Source of the DNA: Chloroflexota bacterium
Lineage (GTDB): Bacteria; Chloroflexota; UBA11872
Assembly (NCBI GenBank): GCA_965220075.1
Contig: OZ244806.1
Span: 2,648,371 to 2,712,370, forward strand
Reading direction: 5' to 3'
DNA length: 64,000 bases
Shown here: positions 31,541 to 40,148 of the stretch, in pieces
How positions within the stretch are numbered: the stretch's first letter is position 1
Layout: each line of letters opens with the position of its first letter
Notes under the pieces: model-generated
The model's input: the letters and a program-made list of their open reading frames with translations, nothing else
Database searches by the model: none
Told to the model about the DNA's origin: nothing
Made by a program: the position numbers and the translations under genes

Positions 31541-32365
31541 TTAACGACCTAGCTCCGGCGTCGCAACAATGCGCTTCCAATACTTCCGCTTTGCTCCGTC
31601 GGCTTCATCGTAGACGGCGGTTGCATAGCCGTCGGCCACTAGTCTTCGGTGCTGCAACTCCTCTCGCGGAATAACGGCGGTGCCGGGGCAGTGCACCACG
31701 TAGCCTCCGGGCTTGACCACCCGTTCGAATTCGCGCAGCTCGGCCTCGAGCCGCCACCCAAGAGCGTGCGAGGTGAGCACGACATCCGCGAAGCTGTCCG
31801 GTAAGGGAATGGCATCGTTGAAGCCATCCACCACAAAAACGTTCTTAAGGCCCGCGTCCGACACCTTGGCGCGTAGGTACTGCCGCAGTGTAGCCACGGG
31901 CTCCACGGCAAATACGTGCAGTGCGGTCAGCGCCGCCTCCAGCGCCACCCGGCCGGTTCCGGCCCCGCTATCGATGACTACTTTGCCATCAAGCGCGACG
32001 GTGTCGGTGATCTCGCAAAAGTCCCAGCGGTGGAACTCTTGCGCGTCATAGGCCGCCGGGCACTTGTTGTAGACGAGCAGATCCGCGATAGTCCAGACCA
32101 CTTTGTCCGCGCACAACGCTAGCGCCGCGTCGCCGCGGACCGGCGGGTAGCCGCCGAGTACACGGTCCATGAACGACTCGATGCCCGGCTGGCGCTTTCG
32201 CAGATAAGCCGCGATGTGCGGGCGTGCGTGGAGGACGGCGGCAAGCTCTCGCTCAGGGACCCATCCGGGAAGGTAGCCGATCTGAAACGATTCGAGCAGC
32301 AGCAGATCTTCGACGTCCAGCAATACGTCCCTGTACATACGTCGGTACGCTTCAGACTTGGGCAT
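31541..32365 (-). CDS. Class I SAM-dependent methyltransferase
   Basis: It has a motif I-like VIDSGAGTGRVALEAA. Confidence 0.65.
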   Translation of the reverse strand: MPKSEAYRRMYRDVLLDVEDLLLLESFQIGYLPGWVPERELAAVLHARPHIAAYLRKRQPGIESFMDRVLGGYPPVRGDAALALCADKVVWTIADLLVYNKCPAAYDAQEFHRWDFCEITDTVALDGKVVIDSGAGTGRVALEAALTALHVFAVEPVATLRQYLRAKVSDAGLKNVFVVDGFNDAIPLPDSFADVVLTSHALGWRLEAELREFERVVKPGGYVVHCPGTAVIPREELQHRRLVADGYATAVYDEADGAKRKYWKRIVATPELGR

Positions 32366-32827
32366 GGATATCTCGCGCCCCGTTGCCGTTCGTAGTAGAC
32401 ATATTTCAGGATACGAGGCGATGCCCAGCCCAGCGCGGTGCGCCTTGTGAGCAAACGAAGCTACGCATTCGGGGACACCGAGGGCGCCGCGATGTTTCGA
32501 ATGAACGTTGCCGTCTGGGGCGCGGCGTCGTCGGCGCGGGCGATTTTGCCCGCTGGGAGCATCGCCGAGGTCGAATCCGAGCTCGACGAGCTCGCCGCGT
32601 CACCATCGGGAGACGAAATCGCCTGGGACATGCACCAGGTGATCTATAAGGCCGCGGCGATATAATCGGGAGCTGGTACGCGGGGCCAGGTGTCCGGCGT
32701 GACCCGGCTTGCGGGAGGCCCGATTCGTGCGAGACGGCGCGCAGACGTGCGCGGCGGCGGAAGTCTCGGACAACCCTACCCTGCAAATCCGGCGCCCGGC
32801 GGCGTCTCCCGAGCCGGAGAATGGCGC

Positions 32828-34405
32828 TTGACGGCCGCGGCCCGGCGATCGGCGGAGCCGAGCATCGGCGCCGATCACGAAACGCTCGTCGTGCTCGATT
32901 TCGGATCGCAATACAGCCAGCTGATCGCCCGACGCACCCGTGAGCAGGGTGTGCACACCCTGCTCAGACGCGCCGACCGGAACGACGCCCTGCAAACACC
33001 CAACCTGCGCGGCGTGATCCTCTCCGGCGGACCCGCCAGCGTGTACGCGCCGGGCGCGCCGCGGCTGCCGAAGAGCGTCTTGCAGGCGGGAGTTCCGGTG
33101 CTGGGCATCTGCTACGGCATGCAGCTCCTAGGCCATGCGCTAGGCGGGCGGGTGTTGCCCAGCGGCGAGCGGGAGTACGGCCCCGCCCGCGTGGACATAA
33201 CGGCGCCCGACCATCCGTTGTTCGCCGGCCTGCCGGAGCGGCTGGACGTGTGGATGAGCCACGGGGACGTGGTGGAGCAGCTTCCGCGCGGCTTCCAGGC
33301 GCTTGCACAAAGCGACGGCTCGCCCCTGGCGGCCATGGGCAATAGCGACGGCGTGGTGGCGCTGCAGTTCCATCCGGAGGTGCGCCACACCGCCCACGGC
33401 ATGCGGCTGCTGCGCAACTTCGCCATCACTATGTGCGGCTGCCGGGGCGATTGGACGCCGGCCTCGATCGTGACCGAGTCGGTGGACAGAATTCGCGCCC
33501 AGACGGGCGCTGGGCGGGTGATCTGCGCACTCAGCGGAGGCGTGGACAGCGCCGTGACCGCCGCGCTGATCCACCGTGCGATCGGCGATCGACTTGCCTG
33601 CGTGTTCATCGACACCGGACTGCTGCGCGAGGGCGAGGCCGCGCAAGTCGAGAAGGCCTTCGGGCGCCATCTGGGGCTCAATCTACGCACCATCGACGCA
33701 TCGGAGCAGTTCTTCGCCGCCTTGCGCGGCGTGACCGAGCCCGAGCGCAAGCGGCGGGTCATAGGCGAGCTGTTCGTGCGGCTGTTCGAGCGGGCGGCCG
33801 CGGACGTGGAGGACGCGGATTTCCTGGCACAGGGAACGATATATCCGGACGTCATCGAGAGCGGCGCCGCCAGCGCCGGGGCGGCGCTCATCAAAACGCA
33901 TCACAACGTTGGCGGCTTGCCGGACGATCTGGAGCTCGAGCTCGTAGAGCCGTTGCGTGAGCTGTTCAAGGACGAGGTGCGCGCGGTGGGGCTGGAGTTG
34001 GGCCTTCCTCCTGAGATGGTGTGGCGGCAGCCGTTTCCCGGTCCCGGGCTGGCCGTGCGTGTGATTGGGGAAGTCACGCCCGCGCGCACGGCCACGCTGC
34101 GCCAGGCCGATTCGATCGTGCGCGCGGAGATCGAGCGGGCTGAGCCCAGCCTGAACCTCTCGCAGTACTTCGCGGTCCTCACAGGCGCGCGCAGCGTGGG
34201 AGTGCTGGGCGACGACCGCGCTTACGGCGAGACCATCGCGGTGCGCGCGGTAAGCACTGATGACTTCATGACGGCCGATTGGGCCAGGCTGCCGGCTGAC
34301 ACGCTGGCGGCGATCTCGAGCCGCGTCGTCAACGAGGTGCCGGGCGTGACCCGCGTGGTGTACGACGTGACCTCCAAGCCGCCGGGAACGATCGAGTGGG
34401 AGTGA
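32828..34405 (+). CDS. guaA: GMP synthase (glutamine-hydrolysing)
   Basis: It has a GATase1 domain ([17 protein letters not shown], catalytic GICYGMQ) plus an ATP-PPase domain (SGGVDSAV) and a C-terminal dimerisation domain. A TTG at 32828 lies 7 nt after GGAGA; the ORF track starts at 32690. Confidence 0.85.
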   Translation: MTAAARRSAEPSIGADHETLVVLDFGSQYSQLIARRTREQGVHTLLRRADRNDALQTPNLRGVILSGGPASVYAPGAPRLPKSVLQAGVPVLGICYGMQLLGHALGGRVLPSGEREYGPARVDITAPDHPLFAGLPERLDVWMSHGDVVEQLPRGFQALAQSDGSPLAAMGNSDGVVALQFHPEVRHTAHGMRLLRNFAITMCGCRGDWTPASIVTESVDRIRAQTGAGRVICALSGGVDSAVTAALIHRAIGDRLACVFIDTGLLREGEAAQVEKAFGRHLGLNLRTIDASEQFFAALRGVTEPERKRRVIGELFVRLFERAAADVEDADFLAQGTIYPDVIESGAASAGAALIKTHHNVGGLPDDLELELVEPLRELFKDEVRAVGLELGLPPEMVWRQPFPGPGLAVRVIGEVTPARTATLRQADSIVRAEIERAEPSLNLSQYFAVLTGARSVGVLGDDRAYGETIAVRAVSTDDFMTADWARLPADTLAAISSRVVNEVPGVTRVVYDVTSKPPGTIEWE

Positions 34406-34490
34406 AGGCGAACAAGGGTTTTGGGGGCGCCGCGCCGCGTACAGCGGATCATGCGCGAGCCCGGCGCGACGGCGGCGTGAGCGGAGAACT

Positions 34491-35765
34491 ATGAAGATTT
34501 TGGTGGTTGGCTCCGGCGCGCGCGAGCACGCCCTGTGCTGGCGAATTCGCCAGGACCGGCCAAGCGCCGAGCTCTTCTGCGCACCCGGTAACGGCGGCAT
34601 CGGCATGATCGCGCAGCGGGTCAAGATCGCCGCCGAAGACGTGTCGGGACTGACCGACTGGTCGCGCCGCGAGCGCCCGGAGCTTGTAGTCGTAGGCCCG
34701 GAAGCGCCTCTGGCGCTGGGCCTTGTCGAACGCCTGCGCGGCGCCGGGATACTGGCGTTCGGCCCCACCAGCGCGGCCGCAAGAATCGAAACCAGCAAAG
34801 CCTGGGCGGCTGAGCTATTGCAGTCGCACGGCATTCCCGCCCCGGATCAAGCAGTCTTCGATGATCCAGACGCCGCGAAGTCGTTCATTCGGGCGGGCGG
34901 CGCGGGCGTGGTGGTGAAGGCCAGCGGTCTGGCTCAGGCGAAAGGCGCTCTTGTCTGCCGGACGGTCGATTCGGCCCTGCGGGCGGTTGACCGAATAATG
35001 CGGGAACGTGCCTTTGGCGCGGCGGGCGACCAAATCGTCATTCAGGAATTGCTGACCGGAAACGAGCTGTCGGTGTTCGCGATCTGCGACGGCGTCGATT
35101 TCCGCGTGCTAGGCGCCGCGCGCGACTACAAGCGCGCGCAGGACGGCGACGCCGGCCTGAACACGGGAGGCATGGGCGCGTATGCGCCCGTGGCCGACGC
35201 TCCGCCCGCGCTCGTCCAGGAAGTAGCAAGTAAGATTCTGGGTCCGACGCTCGCCGCCATGCAGGCGGCGGGGAGCCCCTATCACGGCGTGCTGTACGCC
35301 GGGCTGATGATCACCGCGAAAGGCCCGCGCGTATTCGAATTCAACTGCCGCTTCGGCGACCCCGAAGCGCAGGTTATGCTGCCGGGTTTGCAAGGCGACC
35401 TCGCGGCGGCGCTCAAGGCTGCGGCGGAAGGACGCCTCGGCGATGTGGAGTTGGCGCCAGGTCATCAAGCGGCCGTTTGCGTTGTGGTGGCTTCGGGCGG
35501 GTATCCCGGGTCCTACGAGACCGGGTTCCCGATCTCGGGCGTCGATCAAGTCCCGGACGGTGCGCTGGTGTTTCACGCGGGAACCGAAGTCGTTGAGGGA
35601 GAGCTGGTGACGGCAGGCGGCCGGGTGCTCTCAGCGGTGGGATTGGGCGAGAATGTAGAAGCGGCTCGCGACCGAGCGTATGAGCTCGCACGGGCCGTTC
35701 GATTCGAGGGGGCCTACTTCCGCAGCGACATCGCGGCTGCAATACCCGCCGGGGCGGTCGGATAG
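34491..35765 (+). CDS. purD: Phosphoribosylamine--glycine ligase
   Basis: The 424-aa ORF starts MKILVVGSGAREHAL and has an ATP-grasp domain. Confidence 0.9.
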   Translation: MKILVVGSGAREHALCWRIRQDRPSAELFCAPGNGGIGMIAQRVKIAAEDVSGLTDWSRRERPELVVVGPEAPLALGLVERLRGAGILAFGPTSAAARIETSKAWAAELLQSHGIPAPDQAVFDDPDAAKSFIRAGGAGVVVKASGLAQAKGALVCRTVDSALRAVDRIMRERAFGAAGDQIVIQELLTGNELSVFAICDGVDFRVLGAARDYKRAQDGDAGLNTGGMGAYAPVADAPPALVQEVASKILGPTLAAMQAAGSPYHGVLYAGLMITAKGPRVFEFNCRFGDPEAQVMLPGLQGDLAAALKAAAEGRLGDVELAPGHQAAVCVVVASGGYPGSYETGFPISGVDQVPDGALVFHAGTEVVEGELVTAGGRVLSAVGLGENVEAARDRAYELARAVRFEGAYFRSDIAAAIPAGAVG

Positions 35766-35877
35766 ATCATGGACCTTGCACGCGACCTCATAGGGACACG
35801 AACCGGATGCGGCACCCTCGCGCCAGGCCAGCGTTGGGAAAGAGACGGTCTTGAGCACAAGGTTCCACGCCTCCGAC

Positions 35878-36001
35878 GGAGACGTTTGCGTAACCTGGTC
35901 AGGCTAAGGATGTCCGGGGAGAACCCTACGCGGTTCCAGGTTGGGTGGGGCCTAGATTCCCGCGTTCGCGGGAATGACGAGGGGGTTACGCAAAGGTCTC
36001 C
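35878..36001. mobile_element. MITE-like element, 124 bp, 18-bp terminal inverted repeats GGAGACGTTTGCGTAACC / GGTTACGCAAAGGTCTCC, central palindrome ATTCCCGCGTTCGCGGGAAT
   Basis: It is near-identical to the 60863..60985 copy. The terminal inverted repeats are visible directly in the sequence. It lies in the purD-purE spacer and creates the spurious ORF 35769..36071. Confidence 0.6.
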
Positions 36002-36038
36002 TTTCGCGGGAATGACGAGGAGCTACGCAAAAGTCTCC
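36002..36038. repeat. Partial (right-half) second copy of the MITE-like element abutting the first
   Basis: The segment tttCGCGGGAATGACGAGgagCTACGCAAAAGTCTCC repeats the right arm and terminal inverted repeat of the neighbouring element. Confidence 0.5.
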
Positions 36039-36075
36039 GACGGGAGCGGAACGCCGGTATGGCGATGGTGAGGTT

Positions 36076-36570
36076 ATGAGCGCACGGGTGGGCGTTGTGC
36101 TGGGAAGCTCGACAGACGCGCGCTTCGCGGAGGAAACGACCAGCGCGCTTACCAGCCTGGGGATCGCGCACGAGGTACGCGTGCTCTCGGCGCACAGGAC
36201 GCCGCGAGAGCTCGAAGCGTATGTCAGTTCGGCCGAGCAGCGCGGACTGCGGGTGCTGATTGGGCTGGCCGGTCATGCGGCGGCCTTGCCCGGCGTCATG
36301 GCCGCGCTCACGCGACTGCCGGTGATCGGCGTGCCGCTGCCGACCAGCGACCTGCAAGGCCAGGACGCGCTCCTGGCAATAGCTCAGATGCCGCCGGGCG
36401 TTCCGGTGGCGACCATGGCCATCGGCAAACCGGGCGCGCGGAACGCCGCCTACTTCGCCGCCGCCGTGCTGGCGCTGAGCGACGATGAGGTGGCCGGTGC
36501 GCTAGTGAAGCACCGGCGCACGCAGGCCGAGCGTGTGCTGGCCGACGACATGAAAGCCAGCGGGCAGTGA
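36076..36570 (+). CDS. purE: N5-carboxyaminoimidazole ribonucleotide mutase
   Basis: The 164-aa ORF has VVLGSSTD and AGHAAALPGVMAALT motifs. Confidence 0.9.
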   Translation: MSARVGVVLGSSTDARFAEETTSALTSLGIAHEVRVLSAHRTPRELEAYVSSAEQRGLRVLIGLAGHAAALPGVMAALTRLPVIGVPLPTSDLQGQDALLAIAQMPPGVPVATMAIGKPGARNAAYFAAAVLALSDDEVAGALVKHRRTQAERVLADDMKASGQ

Positions 36571-37952
36571 TCAAGCGCTACACACGCCCCGAAATGGGCG
36601 CCATCTGGAGCCGCCAGCACTACTTCGAGTGCCAGCGGCGCGTGGAGCTGGCCGTGATGGACGCCTGGGCGCGGGAAGGGACCGTGCCGGCCGAGGACGC
36701 CGCGAAGCTTCAGACGGCGAGCTTCACGCTGCAGCGTATCGACGAGCTGGAGCGCGTGAGCGACCACGAAACGAACGCCTTCGTGGACGCGCTGGCCGAG
36801 TCGGTGGGACCGGAAGGCCGCTGGCTGCACCTCGGGCTCACCTCCTCCGACGTCTTGGACACGGGTCTGGCGCTGCAGCTGGTGGACGCGGTGGACCTGC
36901 TGCAGAAACGGCTTGGCGAGCTCGAAGACACGCTCACCGATCTGGCGCTGAAGCACAAGAACACGCTGATGATCGGTCGCACGCATGGCATTCACGCCGA
37001 GCCGATAACGTTCGGGCTCAAGCTGCTGATTTGGATAGACGAGCTGCGCCAGCAGCGCGAGCGCCTGCGCGAAGCGCGTGGGAGTGTGGCGGTGGGCAAG
37101 ATCTCCGGGTCGGTGGGCACCCACGCCAACGTGCCTCCTTCGGTTGAGGAGTGGGCCTGTGAAGCGCTGGGTCTGGACGCCGCGCCCGTGTCCAACCAGA
37201 TCGTGTCGCGCGACCGCCACGCGCACCTGGTGACGACCCTGGCGCTGATCGCCAGCTCGCTGGACAAGCAAGCCACCGAGATACGCAGTCTCCAGCGCAC
37301 CGAGATTCGCGAGGTCGAGGAGCCGTTCGAGGAGGGGCGTCACGGATCATCTTCGATGCCGCACAAACGCAACCCCTCGCGTTGCGAGCGCGTCTCGGGA
37401 TTGGCGCGGCTGATCCGCGCGCACGCGCAGACGGCGCTGGAGAACGTGCCGCTGTGGCACGAGCGCGACATCAGCCACTCCTCGGCGGAGCGCGTGATCA
37501 TGCCGGACGGCTGCATCGCACTCGACTACATGCTGTGGCTGTTCACCAATGTCATGCGCGATCTGCGCGTGTATCCGGAGCGGATGCGCCGCAACGTCGA
37601 GCAGACGGGCGGACTGATCTACTCGCAGGGCGTGCTGTTGGCCCTCGTGCAGACGGGCATGCCGCGACAGGCCGCCTACGAAATCGTGCAGCGGCACGCG
37701 GGCGCGGTTTGGACCCAAGGGGGGTCCCTGCGCGAGGCGCTGGCCGGCGACCCGGAGGTGCGACAACGGCTCCTACCGGAGGCGCTGGAGCGCATTTTCA
37801 GCCCCGCGCCCCACTTGCGCTGGATCGAGACGGCGTACGAGCGGATGGGTTTAGGGGCGCCGGCGGATGCCGCGCCACGCGATGATCGGGAGTGCACGGA
37901 AGCGCCGTGCGCCGAATCACAGCCTAGGGAGGCGGGAACATACGCGACATGA
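36567..37952 (+). CDS. purB: Adenylosuccinate lyase
   Basis: It has the fumarate-lyase signature GSSSMPHKRNP. Its start overlaps the purE stop by 4 nt. Confidence 0.9.
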   Translation: MIKRYTRPEMGAIWSRQHYFECQRRVELAVMDAWAREGTVPAEDAAKLQTASFTLQRIDELERVSDHETNAFVDALAESVGPEGRWLHLGLTSSDVLDTGLALQLVDAVDLLQKRLGELEDTLTDLALKHKNTLMIGRTHGIHAEPITFGLKLLIWIDELRQQRERLREARGSVAVGKISGSVGTHANVPPSVEEWACEALGLDAAPVSNQIVSRDRHAHLVTTLALIASSLDKQATEIRSLQRTEIREVEEPFEEGRHGSSSMPHKRNPSRCERVSGLARLIRAHAQTALENVPLWHERDISHSSAERVIMPDGCIALDYMLWLFTNVMRDLRVYPERMRRNVEQTGGLIYSQGVLLALVQTGMPRQAAYEIVQRHAGAVWTQGGSLREALAGDPEVRQRLLPEALERIFSPAPHLRWIETAYERMGLGAPADAAPRDDRECTEAPCAESQPREAGTYAT

Positions 37953-38827
37953 CGACCACGACCCTGAGCGAAACCAATCTATCCGGCCTGAGGCTGACGA
38001 ATCGCGGCAAGGTGCGCGATATCTACGATCTCGACGATAAGCTGCTGATCGTGACCACGGATCGCATCTCGGCGTTCGACCGCATTTTGCCGGACCCGAT
38101 TCCGGGCAAAGGCGCGGTTTTGACGGCGATGTCGGCTTTCTGGTTCAGCCTCACCGACGACATCGTGCCCAACCACCTGCTGACCACGGACGTGGATGCC
38201 ATGGGCGAGGCCGTGGCGCCGCACCGCGACCTGCTGCGCGGGCGCACGATGCTGGTGCGCAAGGCCGAGCGGATCGACGCCGAGTGCGTGGCGCGCGGAC
38301 ACATAACCGGATCAGGCTGGGTCGACTACCAGCGCAACGGAACTATCTGCGGAATCCCGATCAGGCCGGGCATGCACGAGGCCGAGCCTTTCGAAACGCC
38401 CATCTTCACGCCCGCCACCAAGGCCGAGACCGGCCACGACGAGAATATCGACTTCGAGGCGTTCCAAGAGATCGTGGGCGACGTTGCGGAGCGGCTGCGC
38501 GACCTCACCATCGCGGTGTACGGCCGGGCCACCGACTATGCGCGCGCACGCGGCGTAATCATCGCCGACACGAAGTTCGAGTTCGGGTGGGTGGACGGCC
38601 AGCTGACGCTGATCGATGAGGTGTTGACTCCCGATTCGTCGCGGTTCTGGGACGTGGACGAGTACCAGGTGGGGATGTCGCCTCCCAGCTTCGACAAGCA
38701 GATCGTGCGCAATCACCTGATCCAGATCGGCTGGGACCGCGAGCCGCCGGTGCCCTCCCTGCCGGCCGCGATCATTGCACGCACGGCGGAGCGCTACCGA
38801 GAGATCCAGGAGCGCCTGACGGCGTGA
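37949..38827 (+). CDS. purC: Phosphoribosylaminoimidazole-succinocarboxamide synthase
   Basis: The SAICAR synthetase family motifs GKVRDIYD and IIADTKFEFG are present. Confidence 0.9.
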   Translation: MTTTTLSETNLSGLRLTNRGKVRDIYDLDDKLLIVTTDRISAFDRILPDPIPGKGAVLTAMSAFWFSLTDDIVPNHLLTTDVDAMGEAVAPHRDLLRGRTMLVRKAERIDAECVARGHITGSGWVDYQRNGTICGIPIRPGMHEAEPFETPIFTPATKAETGHDENIDFEAFQEIVGDVAERLRDLTIAVYGRATDYARARGVIIADTKFEFGWVDGQLTLIDEVLTPDSSRFWDVDEYQVGMSPPSFDKQIVRNHLIQIGWDREPPVPSLPAAIIARTAERYREIQERLTA

Positions 38828-38930
38828 AGGGAAGCCGCGCTGTTCGTCGGTATGGAACGATCGCCGTCGATCGCGGTCCAGAAGATGATGGGATCGCCTT
38901 ATTCGCAGCGCACCGACCGGCCACGGGACG

Positions 38931-39209
38931 TTGAATGTGGCGCGGTTCCAAGCACAGATCGCGGTGCGCCTGAAGGCGGGAGTGAACGACCCGCAAGGGC
39001 TGACGGTGCAAAGCAGCCTGCACGCGCTCGATTTTGCCGAAGTGGATGAGGTCAGGATCGGCAAGCTGATCGAGCTCACGCTGGCCGCGTCCGATCCGGC
39101 CGAGGCGCGGCGGCGCGCCGAGGCCATGTGCGAAGCCCTGCTGGCGAACCCCGTAATCGAAACCTACGAGATCGAAGGCGTCACGCACGCTGAGCAGGAC
39201 GAGGTTTAG
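38931..39209 (+). CDS. purS: FGAM synthase PurS subunit
   Basis: The 92-aa ORF has AQIAVRLKAGVNDPQG, matching the PurS fold. It starts at a TTG. Confidence 0.8.
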   Translation: MNVARFQAQIAVRLKAGVNDPQGLTVQSSLHALDFAEVDEVRIGKLIELTLAASDPAEARRRAEAMCEALLANPVIETYEIEGVTHAEQDEV

Positions 39210-39284
39210 CCGTGGTTGGGGTCTCCAGCCGCCGGCATCCGCCCTCGCCGATCTCGGCGTGATGGGCGGGGAGTTCACGTAGCC

Positions 39285-39977
39285 GTGCGCGCGGCCGTGA
39301 TCGTGTTCCCCGGCAGCAACTGCGACGCCGACACACGCCACGTCCTGAACGAGGTGATGGGCTTCAGAGCCGACTTCGTGTGGCACGGCGAGGCGTCGCT
39401 GCAAGGCTACGATCTGGTGGTGCTGCCGGGCGGATTCAGCCATGGCGACTACCTGCGCACCGGCGCAATGGCCGCGCACGCACCCGTGATGCGTGCCGTG
39501 GGCGCGGCGGCCGAGCGCGGCGTGCCGGTGCTGGGGATATGCAACGGATTCCAGATTCTCCTGGAGGCGGGACTGCTGCCGGGCGCCATGCTGCCCAACG
39601 ACAGCGTCGAGTTCCGCTGCCAATGGGTGCACGTTCGCGTGGAGAGCGCTCGAACCGGCTTCACCCGAGCGGCGCGCGCGGGCCAGGTGCTGCGCATGCC
39701 GATCGCCCACGGGGAGGGCAACTACTACGCGGCGCCGCGAGATCTCAGGAGGCTGCGGGACGAGGACCGGATCGTGTTCCGCTACGTGGACGCCGACGGC
39801 CGGCGAGCGCCGGGCGCCAACCCCAACGGCTCGCTGGACGACATCGCCGGAATCTGCAACGAGCGGCGCAACGTGGTCGGCCTTATGCCGCATCCCGAAC
39901 GGTGCTCCGAGGCCCCGCTGGGAGGCCAAGACGGGCGGACGGTCTGGGACTCGCTCCTGGCCACGGTGCAAGCATGA
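39285..39977 (+). CDS. purQ: FGAM synthase glutaminase subunit PurQ
   Basis: It starts (V)RAAVIVFPGSNCD and has the catalytic GICNGFQ. The GTG at 39285 is in frame with the longest ORF, which starts at 39216. Confidence 0.85.
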   Translation: MRAAVIVFPGSNCDADTRHVLNEVMGFRADFVWHGEASLQGYDLVVLPGGFSHGDYLRTGAMAAHAPVMRAVGAAAERGVPVLGICNGFQILLEAGLLPGAMLPNDSVEFRCQWVHVRVESARTGFTRAARAGQVLRMPIAHGEGNYYAAPRDLRRLRDEDRIVFRYVDADGRRAPGANPNGSLDDIAGICNERRNVVGLMPHPERCSEAPLGGQDGRTVWDSLLATVQA

Positions 39978-40148
39978 GTTGGGCGCGCGGCCAGCAAAGC
40001 GCATGTGACCGTACGCACCGTCGGATCCAGGTCGGAGCGGTCGATCCTTTCCTCAATCGAGGGGCGAATAGACTGCCGGTTCGCGCGCGGGGCGCCAGGT
40101 CCGCCAGTGGCTGACCAATCGAGCGTTTCGGCGCCCACCCCCGAAGTC

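Noticed and set aside
32438-32665. 75-aa ORF upstream of guaA with a plausible-looking C-terminus (…DMHQVIYKAAAI).
   Set aside because: It has no start context, Shine-Dalgarno sequence or domain signature. It could be a gene remnant but is unsupported from sequence alone.
33683-34834. 383-aa minus-strand ORF.
   Set aside because: It is antisense to guaA/purD. It is a shadow ORF.
35769-36071. 100-aa ORF between purD and purE, and the related stretch within 60601..61029.
   Set aside because: Both are produced by reading through the MITE-like repeat. They give near-identical peptide segments (…RLRMSGENPTRFQVGWGLDSRVRGNDEG…) at both loci only because the DNA repeat is identical. They are not genes.
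38772-40004. 410-aa minus-strand ORF.
   Set aside because: It is antisense to purS/purQ. It is a shadow ORF.
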